Shown here: positions 1 to 12,339 of the stretch, one piece after another
Layout of the letters: every line of letters starts with the position of its first letter
How positions within the stretch are numbered: position 1 is the stretch's first letter
DNA from: Raillietiella orientalis
Taxonomy: Eukaryota
Reading direction: 5' to 3'
Length of the DNA: 64,000 bases
Assembly: GCA_036172245.1 (NCBI GenBank)
Contig: JAYWIR010000040.1
Span: 930,001-994,000 of the forward strand
Made by a program: the position numbers and the translations under genes
Notes under the pieces: model-generated
Told to the model about the DNA's origin: nothing
What the model saw: only the letters and a program-made list of their open reading frames with translations
The model's database searches: none

Positions 1-224
1 CCAAGGCGATTACAAGAACGTAAGTGTATGCGGCGTCCATTTCAAACATGGATCGCGTCAACCCATGTCACCGCTCACAAAAACATTTGCCAAGGCATAT
101 GCGAGTCCACAATCCACGCCGATCGTTTTCGCCGGACCCATAGATACGTCCACAGCGCAGGCATCTATGGGTCCCATGGGTTTCGTCGGACTCATCTGTG
201 CGTCCATAGTACTCAAAGGGTTAA
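1..224 (-). mobile_element. One end of a piggyBac-family element (truncated by the window edge), same family as 904-1904
   Basis: Ends ...actcaaaggg|TTAA (211-224), i.e. a TTAA-CCCT terminus on the minus strand. 1-220 aligns with 1688-1904 (ccaaggcga.tac.agaacgtaagtgt...tccacgccgatc.ttttcgccggacccatagat.cgtccacagcgca). Confidence 0.8.
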
Positions 225-899
225 GAGAAATCGGGGAGTGTCCCTTCAGGGTTCTCTTCAAAGGAGGAAACGGGGGGCGCTTCGAAGAAGGAATGAAGAA
301 CGGCCCCTTCCAAATTCACGGAACCAACCACTGAAGCGATGCAAGCAAATGGCATTGCTGGGCACTCGACAGCAGCCACGAGTTACCACGAATCGTCTAG
401 AGTAAAGGATTTTACCGACGGTCCCATGTGCGTTAAGAGCAGGAACAGTTTCTCTTTCCCGTGGGGAAATTGGTATGAGGAACAAACCAATGTGTGCATG
501 AACTTGGGAATTTGGTGAATTTCACTGTGCCTGGTCACCTAGAGGAGTTTGGCAAAAGAAGTCAGCGATAAGTCTCTGCATGAAGAAGGTTCCATTGACC
601 TCCGGACTGACCTCCGGATTGACTTCAGTGCTTGTTGAGCTTCGGGAACGTTCAGGAAGCACACGGAACTCTGAATAACCAACCTCTCCAGCAGTTTCGA
701 CGAGCCCTCGCATGAAGTTTCCCTCTGGTTTGTTTCTTGCTGCTTGTTGCCGTCGTTTAAGATGTCCGCTTGCCTTCATGATACACGCCCACAACTAAAG
801 CAAAGCTATTTCTTGTGCACTGTGCTCGCAACACCACAGGGAGTGCACTTTTGTCTATCCAGGAAGCTGGTTGTCAAGGTGCACACTTGAAAGTGAAGC

Positions 900-1908
900 T
901 TAACCCTTTGGGTGAAGAGCTCAGCAGACTTTCACGTTGTGCGCTGGCGGCACGCGAGTCGCAGTGGCGACCTCTGTGGACGGCACGCTTCTCCGCGTGC
1001 CACCGAGGAGCCGATTGATTCCATAAAGTGCTCGTCAAAGTTGCCGTTGTTTAATCACACTGCATTGAATCAAATATTTTCATTTTTCCCAAGCATACAT
1101 TATTCATTCAAAAATTATAATTGGAATTCGAATGAATTCAAACATTCATTTTGGGCGTGGTGCATCTCAAAACGCATAATCCGACGTCGCATTTTTTTTA
1201 CATTCTCGTTTTGCGTCACTCCGTTTCTTACGTTTTGCGCTTTCTTCCTGGAAATGAGTGTTTCCTCTGAACACTTCGAACCGAATCGGAATGCTCTTCT
1301 TCCGTAGATGTGCTGTGGGCCGTTTTTTTCTTGTTTTTTTTTTTCATCTATACTTGGCTATTCCACTATCTACGATGCTTTTCGTATCTGCAGAATCAGA
1401 TGACGATGGAACACGTGGGGACATTCCCTCAATTTCATGGTCATATTCTTCATTCGAATCCAACTCCTCATCTGTTTCACGATCGTCTCTTCTAATCATC
1501 TCTTCAAAATTATTTCATTAGATTTTCAAGGTATCGCAAAGACAAAAAAACAATATGATCAATTATATACGACACCACTTTTTGAGGTGCCGCAAAGATG
1601 AAAGGCAATATAATAAATTCCATTTGGCACCCAGAAAAAGAGGGAGCAGTTGGCCAGCGTGGACGGGATTTTGTTTACTGCCGTTGCCAAGGCGACTACG
1701 AGAACGTAAGTGTGCGCGTCGTCCGTCTGAAACGTGGATGGCGTCGACCCGTGTCGTCGAGCATAAGGTCAAAAAAACGTTTTCCAGGCGCATGCGTGCG
1801 TCCACAGTCCACGCCGATCCTTTTCGCCGGACCCATAGATGCGTCCACAGCGCATGCTGGCAGCTTTCGTCGGACGCATCTGTGCGTCCATGGAACTCAT
1901 AGGGTTAA
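900..1908 (-). mobile_element. Non-autonomous, internally deleted piggyBac transposon (~1.0 kb) with TTAA target-site duplications
   Basis: TTAA at 900-903 followed by CCCTTTGGGT, and ACTCATAGGG followed by TTAA at 1905-1908 (imperfect TIRs). Subterminal GTCCACAG motifs are inverted between the ends (ctgtggac ~974; gtccacag ~1800 and ~1843). The minus strand encodes an acidic N-terminal stretch (EDDRETDEELDSNEEYDHEIEG) and a frameshifted cysteine-rich C-terminus (RECKK/CDVGLCV) typical of piggyBac transposases. The DDD core is absent. Confidence 0.85.
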
Positions 1909-2044
1909 TAAATATGTGCGTTACATTTGTATATTTATACATAAATCCATGTGTTAACGTTCATAAACAATCATGTATATTTATTTTTATAGTCTTTACA
2001 GTATCTATTGATCTATGTATTAACTCATATATGTAAGAATATGC

Positions 2045-4411
2045 CTGAGAAGCAATGGCGTTTATCTTCAAGATCTCTCGGGATCTCGGAGTTTGGGATT
2101 CTGCACCCGACGCGTTGTTTCCGAATCGTGGCAGCTCTTCTCCCAGTTGGTGGCTTCAAGGAACTCGAGCTGCTCGTACCAATATGAATCTCTTTAAGCC
2201 GTACTTATCGTGTTTGTGTTTCTTTGGTGCAGTCCACTCAGTGTCTCGTAAGGTGTGGTCTCCAAACCTCTTTATTTGCGTTCCGTTGCTCACGCGCCAG
2301 CTGATCCTCGGCTGTTCACCGACAAGAGGAACACGTCCAGGCTTGTGATCTCCAAAAGTCTTTGTTGCTGTTTCCTTCGTGGGGAGATGTGGGAGCAGAC
2401 CCAGTACTCGCTGGTGGCACCCATCTCCCCGGGCTGGTTGGGAGCACGTCTACGTCCACGGCATCCACCTCCTGTGAACCTTTCCCGACAGCCTGCTGTG
2501 AGTTGCTCCCTAGTCCAATTCTCATTTCGGCTGACCCGCGAAGCGTCCTCTGCAGCGCGAGTGTCCTACCCTTCCGGAAGTCCCTCCCTCGATCTCTTCC
2601 AGCACGGGTGGTTCCAGAGGACGGAGCTCATCTGGGTCTTGCGCTCCTCTTTGTCGTGTCGTCTTCGTGCACTCGACCGAGCGCCTTCGAACGTCCTTGG
2701 AGCCCCTGACCTTGCGGAAGGCGCGGTTACGGTGTGGACGCAAAGATGCGTGATTGCTGCTCGTTGACCTCGGCACTTCAGGGGATTTCGAGCCACCTGT
2801 GGGATCGCGAGCGGATCCACGTAACCAGAGCCCCGCTCATTTCCACGGAATCCTAGGCGATGCAGGTGATCCGAAAGGATCCTCCCGATCGTCTCCCCCT
2901 TGCCGGCGCGTTGCCGCTTCCGGCGCGACCCGGTGCCACGAGACGATCGAGGTTTCTTTGCCTTCGGCGCCGTGTCGTTCCCGTTCCGCAGGATGGGCCT
3001 TTCCCGTTGGACCAGGTTGCTCTCTCCCGGTTTGACCTTGAGGAGGTGGTCTTCTGGAACTCGGCATTTGCTGCTCGGTTGGCATCTTCCTCCTCGCATC
3101 CTCTGTCAGATGGTCCGGTACTCTCGCCAGTCGAGACCCCTCTCCCCCGTTGAAACCCCTTCCGGGTCCGGGCTGTCGCTTTCGCACCTCAGAACAACGG
3201 CTGCACTGACAAAACTGTGGGTCGGTGGCTGGACCTTCCGGGTCATCGGCCCAGCGATCTCTTATCTCGACCTCAGCCTTTCCTTGCAGCCCGCGCTAAG
3301 CAATTTCGTTCGTTCCGCGAAGCAACCCAGATGCCCCTCCCCCCGTTTCCAAGACGACGGATTCCTCTTCGGTGAGGCACTACGGTGTTGTCCGGTCCCA
3401 GTTCCTCATGAGGTCGGATTGCCCTTCCGGGAAAGGGCTCGCTCCCGGTCCCCAAACCTCATGCCTGACCTGAGCGGGCTTCGGAAGGCAAAAATCGCCG
3501 CCCTTGCGCGCTGGCACCGCTGGCGGTGTCCCGCCTGCCACGAACGCGTTCTCGAAGGTTCCTCCGGGTTTCCCCCCTGGTCCGATGGACTCGGGTGACC
3601 TCGGGGCGCGGACACAGAACGAGGCTCAGAAGCCACTGCGCCCGACCGGACGCCGCGGCTGCGGTTGACACGACTCTGCGCAGGCGACCCTCCCTCAGTC
3701 CATGCGCCTGAGGCAGGGACATGAGGACTGCCGTCCGCACTGACTTGAATTCCGGAAATTCGCACTCCCCAAGGCCACTTTGGCGACCCACGACGCGCGC
3801 GGACCGAGGGAGCTGTCGTTTCGGGGATGCTCGGGCGCTCCTGCCGAAGTCACGCGGGAGGGCTCGACTCCCTTCCGAGTTCAGCGCCGGAGGAAGGACG
3901 AAAGCCTCCTCCTGGTCCACGGTCGCTATCGTCTCATCCTACATTCGTTACGATTCGCGATGGAAAGGCAACCGCCTTTGATAGGCCGGACCAAGGCCTG
4001 GGGTCGCAGCTGACCGGGATCGTGCGGTTCGCGTGGTGCGATGGAGATCTCTTTCCGAATCGAAGGACCGTCCCTTTGACGGGAAGGAAGGAAACTCTCC
4101 CGGTCGGGATGGGAGAGATTGACCTGACTGAGAGCATAACCAGGAAGCCAACTCCATGAGCCCGACGAGTCGAGACTCCGCGGCGGAGGGGGAAACCTCC
4201 GCGACTGCTGGAAGGACCCCGGAGGGACTACTCCCGGTTCCGGCTAGTCAGCGAGAGGGGATCTGGTCTCCCCTCCAACGCGTGCTAGCGCCATTCCAGT
4301 GCAGCTAGCGTCATCTCGCGGGCGATTGTCGACATCCATCCCTCACGGAGAGATTCGAACCCGCTTCGCCAGGTGGTGCTGCGTGGGGAGCCCGCGGCCG
4401 CCATCGCGGGC
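2045..4411 (-). mobile_element. Degenerate Tx1/L1-like non-LTR retroelement with a tRNA-like 5' head, internally deleted
   Basis: Minus-strand 5' end GCCCGCGATGGCGGCCG with B-box GGTTCGAATC (4361-4352). APE endonuclease end motif LSDH...RGSGY (~2870) is followed closely by post-RT motifs VLWNHP, DVLPT and zf-RVT-like WTCSSCR...VW (~2250-2450). The 3' end GATAAACGCC (~2057-2066) resembles the family terminus. Confidence 0.65.
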
Positions 4412-4447
4412 AAGTGGGGAGGAGCGAGGTGCGTAGAATGCATGGGG

Positions 4448-4895
4448 GACTTTCACCTGGTCATTGCGGGGCGTTTATTGTAAGAAAAAAAAAAAAATGT
4501 GTTTACGATGAAACACACAAAAGCGGGATTGCGATCCCAGGACGTGGTGACATTCCCGGAGAGATTCCTGTCCGCAAGGCGTTTGCCGACAGAGGCCCGC
4601 AAGGGGAAAATAGGGGGGAAGCAATTAACAGATTACCTCCCCCCCTCACTCACCCCCAATAAAAAAAAAAAATAACAGATTTTTTTTTAAAAAAAAAAAT
4701 GGGTGGGCAGAGGAAGGGATCTCTTTAGCCTCCTCAGCATCCTTTTCAGGGTGTCGGCAAGTTCCTCCTTCACAAATATCACACGTGGCCCATTTCACAG
4801 CGATCCTCAGGAAAGGGAAGACGATGGGGACGACATCAGCCTGGTCTCTGCCATCGCAGCTCCTCTCCCCCGCCACGGCTCCGCGCAGGCAGCAC
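4448..4895 (-). mobile_element. 5'-truncated 3' end of the same Tx1-like family
   Basis: Translation VVPIVFPFLRIAVKWAT...HPEKDAEE is homologous to DAIHFAVLFLRIESK at ~10470-10510 and DAIDCAVRFLRIAARW at ~35700-35750. The 3' UTR ends AATAAACGCCCCGCAATGACCAGGTGAAA. Confidence 0.7.
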
Positions 4896-4899
4896 GGAG

Positions 4900-7800
4900 T
4901 TGTCACCCGGGTGCGTCGGGAAGTTTATTTGGTATAAAAATAAACATCCACAATTTTTGTGGTAGGACCAGTGGTTCAATCACGCCCGCATTAAAGGGTG
5001 CCTGCCGGGTCACCGGTACGCAGTCCGGTGAGGCCCGCCACGGCAGCGGAGGGGAGGGGGGCACACAAAAAGGAAAAGAAACAAAAATAAAAGTAAATAA
5101 ATGAACTTTGGGAAGGATGGGAAGGGGGGAAAGGGATCACGTCCTTCTGGGGGTTGACCTGAGCATCCTTTCGAGGAAGCTGGCAAGCTCACTCTGCGTA
5201 TTGTCCATGTAAGGCCATCTTGTTGCCATCGATCCTCAGGAATCTGGCGGCAGAGTGAATGGCATCCCTGTCGCTCCATCCTCCTCTTGCATCACTCCAG
5301 GCCATTCGCGCGTAGGCGCGAGGCTGCTGACCGAAGGACGCCGCGTATGAGGAAGGGTCTCCATGTGTCCCTGGAGTTGCCTCCGGGGGTTTCCTAGGGT
5401 CGCGGCAAAGCGTTTGCAGAGGGACCGGAGGGATTCGCGCTCCCAGCACCTGCCACAGTTCGGGTCCAACAATCCTCGGGTCCAGTGATGCCTGTGGGCG
5501 TTGCACGGGAGATCCCAGTGCAGCAGCATCAACTCAGACTCCTGCCGTTTTAAGGGGAGGGTCTGGGTGTCCAAGAACACTGGGAACCACTGCAGATCTT
5601 CCACCGGAATCCCCAGTAGCTCGCCCCAGTGTAGAAGTCCTCGGAGTGGGGCACTCGGGGTCGCAGCACCCGCAAGCTGACCTGTCGTCCACTCACCCAA
5701 TCCTCTTCTCCTTCCGGAGATCTTCACACTAACCTCTCATCTAGCCGCAAGGCTGCCATCCATGTGCTTCCTCAGGGAGGGCGGCGCAGCGGCAAGGGAG
5801 ATTCTTCCTGCCCACGCATTCTTCCCGGGATATTCAAGGATCTCTTGGAGAAAGCGGTTGTTGTGGGGTCCGTACAGCAAGAGCTGCGCCGGTTCCGGGC
5901 ATGGCTCGTTGTGCTTCGCCCACGTGCGCACGGTTTCCTGCAGCCGGGCACTACCGTTCGCGGGGCCGCAGGAGATCCAGGTGCTGTGGGTCCTCGTCAG
6001 GGTTGCCGCCGCCGGACCTACAGTCCACAGTGGGAGATGTTGCGGCGACGGTGCACAAGGAGGGACGCAAGTCTCACGCTGCCCGTGGCCTTCCGGACGA
6101 GGAAGCGTGCAGGGTGGCACCAGGGAAGGCAACACAGAGGTGCGATCGCCGTTCCGTGGACGACATGGCGCCACCCGTGAAGAGGCGTCTCAGGACGTCG
6201 TCTTCCGGGCCGTCCCTCAAGGATTCCAGGGCCATCGCGAAACGTTTGACACACTCCGGAGGGCAACACACTCGAACAACAACAGGTGCCAGAGGGGGAA
6301 TTTTCTGGCATCTGTTTCCCTTCCCCTCTCCCCTCTCCTTGTTGTTTCTGATTCCCCCCCCCCTTACCTCGTCCCCGAGCCGGGTGCAGTCCGGGGCCAC
6401 ACTGTTTCTAATCCAGAGGTGAAGGGACGCGAGACTACATCAGCATGTTAAAGAGGGTGGGGAGTGAGAAATCCTGAAGGCGCGTGGGTCGGTTGCGAGG
6501 GAATGGCGTTGCTGCCACGTCGCAACCGAGACCGCATGAGGACGCCCGGGTTCCCGCCAAGGCAGATCGCTTCCCTGCGGGAAGAACATCAGCGGTTCTC
6601 CCGCCTTGACAGCCGTAAACTGCCGCGCCTAGAGAAGGGGCGCACCGGGTGCCTGGATCCACATCGCACGGCTCCGCGCTCGCTCCTCGCGCAGGTCACG
6701 GGAGAGACCGGTGACCCGATGTAGTAGTCGCAACGCCCCGCCCTGCCACTTAGGGGGAAGCACGACTCTGTCCGGAAACACCATAGGGATTTCAAGGGGA
6801 CTTCGAGCAGATCCGACACAGCAGGCAAGTCCTTTAGGGTGGGCAGCGGGGGTGGAAGCGTCAGCCAGCTGACGCGCCTCCCGGCACCCCGATTTCATCC
6901 TTCTTCCTGCGATCTCGCATCTTGCGGTCTGGCTGTCGTTCTTGGTTCTCCCGTAGGGAGGGCGCCGTTGCAGTAAGCGGGCTCTCTGAGGACACGGATT
7001 TCTTCCTGGTGAAAGGGAATGGACTAGGCCGGTCCCAGGGCATAGAGCGTGATTCTCGAGGGCCCAACTGGAAGGGAAGCGATGGAATGCTGGTCCGCCC
7101 GCAGTAGCGCGGAAATTCCTTGTACTCTGTATCCCGGATCGACCCCCTTCGCGCACGGGCGAAAGCAGTGGAGACCGCAAGTGGCTCCTCGGGACGACGG
7201 CCACGCCCTTCCGCCTCACTTCCGTTCGCGCGGGACGGAAGGTCTCCAGAAGTCAGGCAACTGGCAAGTCCGGAGGGGGAGAGCCGTGGGGTCCTGGCCG
7301 AGGCCACAGGTCCGTGCCTCCCGTCCCGTGCGGCGGGGCTCCCACGAGGCAGGGACGTTCCGTCCCTCTCCCCCCAGCCGGAGCCGCGTCCCTCATTTCG
7401 GGGTGGCTGCGGCGGAGACCGGACGGTTCTCGAGGAATCGTCACGCCCGAAGGTGCCGCGGGATGGCTCAGGGACCGCAGACGGCGAAACGGATCCTCAT
7501 CATGAGGGAAAGATCGCGCGCGGCGCTCCCAGTCGCCTCCGTTTCTCCGCTTGCCGTCTGCGCCGCGAAGAGGGCGGGAGCGCACCTGCTGGATCGGCAG
7601 CGAGCACCTAGCTGGCGCGCGCCTGCGGCTCTGCTCACCCGCCTCGCCGTTTCTTTCAGCGTGTCCTCGGCGTGCAGCAGCGTCATTCGGGGTTGTGGAA
7701 GATTCCCGGGAAAGAAGGGAAGGTCGACGGCAGTGCTCCCGGATGCTCGGGAACCGTCCGGCATCGCCAAGTGCGCAAGATCGGACCCGGCCCCCGCAGC

Positions 7801-8863
7801 CAATCAAGAAGACCTCGACGAGCAGCCGTTCCCGCTCGGCGTTCCGACTCGGGACTCGGAAAAGCTGCGAGAGCTCGCGTCCCGCCTTTCCCGCGGATCG
7901 TCGCGGCGAGCGGGAGTTGGAGCCGATCAGTCCCGCCGCGTAGTGGATGCTGGAGAGGGCGCGCGGGAGGCGCGGCTCCCCGCCCACGCAGCCGGCGACC
8001 GCACGTGCTCCGCCGCGAGCGCAGCCCGCAGTCTCGTTCATAGACTCTCGTGACAACTGACCACCTATCCGGTCAACTTGTTCTCTTTTCGTTTCTTCCA
8101 GTAGTGACCTCACGGGAGATCATTACTACTGGCCTGGGATGATGGAAACCCTTCTGTTTCGCTGATTTCCTTCCACCCCTTTTCCTGATCCCCAGGGAGT
8201 TCTGAACAACCGTCCGCCTCCTTGCGAGGGGCTCACGAAGCTCTTTAAATAGTGTCTGAGCCGCCAGAGGGTACGTCTCATTCTTCCATTCAGGGAGCAA
8301 TCCCGGAGGAACAACTTTATGAATCCAGGAAGGCTCCGGAGGGAGGAATCCGTCCCTCTCTTGCTCTCGGGAGGAACCCAGAAGGGAACCGCCTCTCCCT
8401 CGTTTCCTCTCCCTAGGGAACCTGCAAGGGAACCGTCCCTTTTTTCTTCCTCCTCTGAAGCGAACCCCGAAGGGAGCATGGCGCTTCTTCACACTCTGGA
8501 GAAGCAACCCCCAGAGGGGGGGGTATCATGGCTACCCATTGCGTGCCATGGATGGCACCCTCTCCATGGCACGCGATGGTAACGGCTCAGTTTCGCAATC
8601 GGAAGGGAGCCCCAAAGGGCTCTTCGATTCCTGGAAGACCTCGGAGGGTCCACTTCCAATCCCGGCCCGTCAATGGGACCATCCGGTTTCCGGCTGCTTC
8701 CAACGGTACTGCACCCGAATAGGCCATCCAGAATCACCGTGCGGGACCCACGACGCGCCCCCCCCCCATTCTTGACGTCGTTCCTCTACCTGGGGGATCC
8801 GAAACCGCAACGCTTGGCGCCACGCGCGCGGAGGCCGCAGTCGCACCGACCACCAACATGGGC
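4900..8863 (-). mobile_element. ~3.96-kb tRNA-headed Tx1/L1-like retroelement (ORF1 remnant, APE remnant, RT apparently deleted, zf-RVT, structured 3' UTR)
   Basis: Head GCCCATGTTGGTGGTCGG with B-box-like GGTTTCGGATCC (8806-8795), aligning with 14561-14740. 5' region 8320-8530 is homologous to 14830-15050. ORF1-like remnant ~7300-8100. APE-like motifs KGVAVV and GAAVYG (~6600-7220). zf-RVT-like LPCNAHRHHW...DPNCGRCWERES (~5430-5510). 3' terminus ATAAACTTCCCGACGCACCCGGGTGACAA (4929-4900). Many stops and frameshifts. Confidence 0.7.
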
Positions 8864-8869
8864 TGTCGA

Positions 8870-10135
8870 TTGTGGCTCAATGTCCGCTTTTTCGTCAGGT
8901 TATCGGAAGGGGGGGGGGGACCGCAAGCGGTCGATTGCCGTGGAGAGATGGGGCTTCACCGTCCTTCCCCATCCGTCTCGTCTCCGATCACGCTGTTCGT
9001 CTGCCACCTTCCCCGCACCTACGCTGCCTGTCTGCGGGGATCCGCCGATGACCCGGAAGCGCGTCGGCATGCAGTCAGGCTGAAGCCTTCACACGGCCTG
9101 CGAGAGGAAGACAGGACCGGGATGAAGTCGCCACAGGAATCCGTGGACAACGCGGGGATGCGCGACAACTCTTGGATCTCACCAGCGATCAGGATAAGTG
9201 ACCCTGCGCGGCTCACAGAGACCGCTCGAGGATGCTGAAACATCCGAACGGCCTGACTCTTCTGCGCTCGCGGGCAAACATGGAGACTGGGGGCAGAATC
9301 GACCCCGCGCGGGCAGCAGGCACCGCTTCCAGGCAGCGGCTCGAAGCCAGGAATTGCGGGACGAGAGAACTGGCCACGGTTATCTCGTATTTCGTGCCGG
9401 CACCCAGGGAGGCCTGGAAATGGATGCTCCACGCGCTCAGCTTCCGCCGGACGTTCCTCTCGGACGCGCCCTCCGCGCGGTGGAGGCCAGCGAGAGGGGC
9501 CGTCGCGAATGGGCGCTACCGGCAGAGCCGCGGACCGTTGATCCTTAGAGAGTGGCTTTCTCTCGAGCCTCTTCGTCGATTGGCCGTCGGAGCTCCTCAG
9601 GCGGCCTTGGCTCGGCCCCCGCAGGACATTCCGTGCCTCTTGAGGACCGATCTGCGAAGCGGCGCAGTCCGGGCGCTCATCCGACTGCGGTTTGCACCCG
9701 GTTGCGATGCCGCGATGCCCCGCCGGGGCTTCAGGGATGCAGCCGCCCTCCTGCCACTCAGAGTTTGCAGGGAAGGCCCTCGCGAGCTGCGGGAGCTGCC
9801 TGCGAGAGTCCCTCCTCCTCCTTGGAGTCTCCGGATGTTTCACCGAGCCCGCCTCCGCATTCTGGGAAGGGGTGGCGCCACCGAGCAGGCGCGCTGCCGT
9901 CGTTCGCGGGCCACCTTCTGTCTGGTTGGCCCCTGCCAACCCTCTCAGGCAGCTGAACGCGTGCGCAGCCGGTCGGAGGACCTTGCGTCCTGGAGGGCGC
10001 AGCGAATCGGAAAGGGTGACACCGTACGGGGCCGTTTGGTCCAGATGAGAAACAAACGAATCTTCCCAACTGCTGATAAACCAATGATGGGCGTTCCAAC
10101 CGGCGGACCGAGAAGAACGGGTGCCAGGAAATGGT
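8870..10135 (+). mobile_element. Degenerate L1/Tx1-like ORF2 fragment (RT C-terminal part and downstream region), opposite orientation
   Basis: GFTVLPHP..ITLFVCHL (decayed xLF/YADD region), RVGMQSG (RT domain 7-like), then a 331-aa ORF at 9232-10227 with L1-like C-terminal features (RMFHRARLRIL...C...C). Motifs are weak. Confidence 0.45.
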
Positions 10136-11170
10136 TTGGCATCCGGTTGCGCCGGGACGTTTACTTATATAAAATAAACATACAAATCAGCGGCAGGGCG
10201 CTTGGTCCTACCACGTTACAAATGTAACCATGGGAACCTGCCAAGGATTTCACCGGCGAGCAGGCCGGTGAGATTCGCCTGGGAGACGGGAGGAGAAGGG
10301 GGGCGGGGCAGAGAAGACAGAAAAATAAAACAAAAAAATGACTGCGCATATGAAAAAAAAAAAATTGGGAGGGTTAGGGAAGGGATCACCGGGTGCTGGA
10401 GGGCGTCCTCTGCGTGCTTATAAGGATGCTGGCAAGTTCCTGTTTCACAGTCCCCAGATGGGATCATTTTGACTCTATCCTCAGGAAGAGGACCGCAAAG
10501 TGGATGGCGTCCTGTCGTCCCGGTCTCCATCGGCGTTGCTCAATGCATACCACGATCCCGCGTAGGCAACAGAGTGCTGCTGGGGATGCAGCAGAAGCTT
10601 CAGAACGTCGCTGGGTTGCCCTCGGGGATCCGCAGGGAGGTGGACAATCGTCCCCACATGGGGCGGAGGACGACACAGTCCACAAGCAGATGAGGGAGGG
10701 ATTCGCGCTCCCTGCACCTGGCACAGTTCGGACCCACCCTGCCCAGGATCCAACAGTGTCTTCAGGCGTTGCACGGGAGCAGCTGCAGTCCGCACATTCC
10801 AGACAATTCGGGAATTCAGATGGGAACTTTTTGATCACTCAGCCCTGACCTCGCTCCGGGTGACTACCACGACGTCTTCTGCACCTCGGGAAGTGGCTCA
10901 GCGATTCGAGGGGCAAAGGGTGGAGTTGAAGGCTGCAGCTCTGCCGAACAGTCCGAACTCCCAGGAGGCGGAATTTCACGCAGGGCATCCAAAAAGCCTT
11001 GCTCCACGGTATAAAAAGTGTTCGGCAAACAGCGGTGACTGCGTAGAAGAATGAAGTGGGGATGCACGCGTTTGGAACCACCAACACATATATTTGTGCT
11101 TCTCTCATCTGTCCTTTCTTTACATCCGATCGGCTCTTACTTCTGAGATGCGCCTCGCATGTGTTATGCA
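10136..11170 (-). mobile_element. 5'-truncated copy of the Tx1-like family (zf-RVT and 3' UTR)
   Basis: 3' terminus GTAAACGTCCCGGCGCAACCGGATGCCAA (10164-10136). Conserved 3' UTR hairpin TCACCGGC/GCCGGTGA (10250-10271). Coding remnant DAIHFAVLFLRIESK and ELCQVQG. 5' boundary uncertain. Confidence 0.7.
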
Positions 11171-11339
11171 ACCTGGGAAATGGTGGTCCAGCTAGTGAGT
11201 GTGTGCATATATGGACACACACAAATACATACATACTATACTTATATTGCTAGAGAACTATATATATATGTTCCTTAGCTATGTATATAGCTGAAGCGCA
11301 AAATGATTACCGGCAATGGCTTGCGTGAAAGGCTAATTT

Positions 11340-12330
11340 GAACTATAATGAGGAATCAGCAACGATCCAGCAACGATGCTGCAATTGAGAAAATTGTCGA
11401 CGGGACGGGCTTCAATTACTGTCATTACAGGATCGGTTCATTCTCTCGGCCACAGCGAGGAGGTCCGAAGAGCTTTGTCCATGTGGCTCCATTTCGCACC
11501 GGGACACCATCGCGCGCCGAGAGAGTTCTTCGCCACGTGGCGGCGGCGCCTAGAGCTGGGAAGCGCCACTAGGCTCTGGCCGAAGTCGCAGCTTCAGCGG
11601 ACTGCGGAAGGAAGCAACGGTCCTCCTGGGCCTGCTGGGGCATGCGAGAAAATGGCCTCGAGCTCAGATGACCAGGAACCTCTGAAATTTCGCGTGTTGT
11701 TGCCGAAAGAAGTGCGGTTGAAGAAAACGAAAAGAACGCGAACCCATGCGCTGCTCCTCACCATGCCCTCTCCAAGATAACAAATGAAACGTGCCCTTTA
11801 TTTTGCATCCCCGCGAGAAGAAGGCTTTTTCCGTTACCGCAGACTGTTTATCATCAAACTGGTAGAGCATCGTAGCGAGCGATGGCCCTTTTGGGTACAC
11901 TTGCAAACCCTCTCTGCTTGAGGAGCGAGCACCAGCGATGTACAAAGTGTGGCCATAATTCTTCTTATGGAAGTTCCCCTCCTCCCTTCTGATCGCACAA
12001 ACAGCGGAGACGGAAACTCTTTGTAACCCTCCTTGACATGTACCTTCGTGCTGCGGGAAGGGCTCTCTAATGGATTAAGTGAATAATAGGATGCGATAGA
12101 GCAATTACGCCGAAGGCAGAGAGCAGATCCCAGTGACGGCCCTCTTCACTTGACCGCGTTATTAGGTGCTTCCGCTAAGGAGTAGAGGCCCAGAAACTGT
12201 CGAGAGTTCCAGTGGCGATTCGGCACCAACCCGGCACCAGTCGCCGACGAGGAAAATTGGCGCACTCTGCCGGAATTAAGAAATGCAATTAGCGGGCTGA
12301 TCCCTTCCATAAAGCAAGGAGCGGGATGGC
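11340..12330 (+). mobile_element. Degenerate Ty3/Gypsy LTR-retrotransposon internal fragment (gag-like start and RNase H remnant)
   Basis: ILHPREKKAFSVTADC...SDGPFGYTCKPSLLEE (~11800-11930) fits the Gypsy RNase H pattern LxHPDxxKPFxVxTDAS...PIAYxSRxL. The upstream APFRTG...RVLRHV is gag-like. Stops and frameshifts are present, and no LTRs were recognised. Confidence 0.5.
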
Positions 12331-12339
12331 GATAATTAA

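Noticed and set aside
4160..4310. Self-cleaving ribozyme (HDV-like or hammerhead) in the hairpin-rich retroelement leader
   Set aside because: Several hairpins are visible (gcggagg/cctccgc, gagggga/tcccctc), but I could not fit the nested pseudoknot or the CUGANGA/GAAA core. It would need an Infernal/RNArobo search.
10124..11184. Possible TSD ccaggaaatggt / cctgggaaatggt around the 10136-11170 element
   Set aside because: The match is short and imperfect. The element may instead continue into 12340-13545 across the Gypsy remnant, and this is not decidable by eye.
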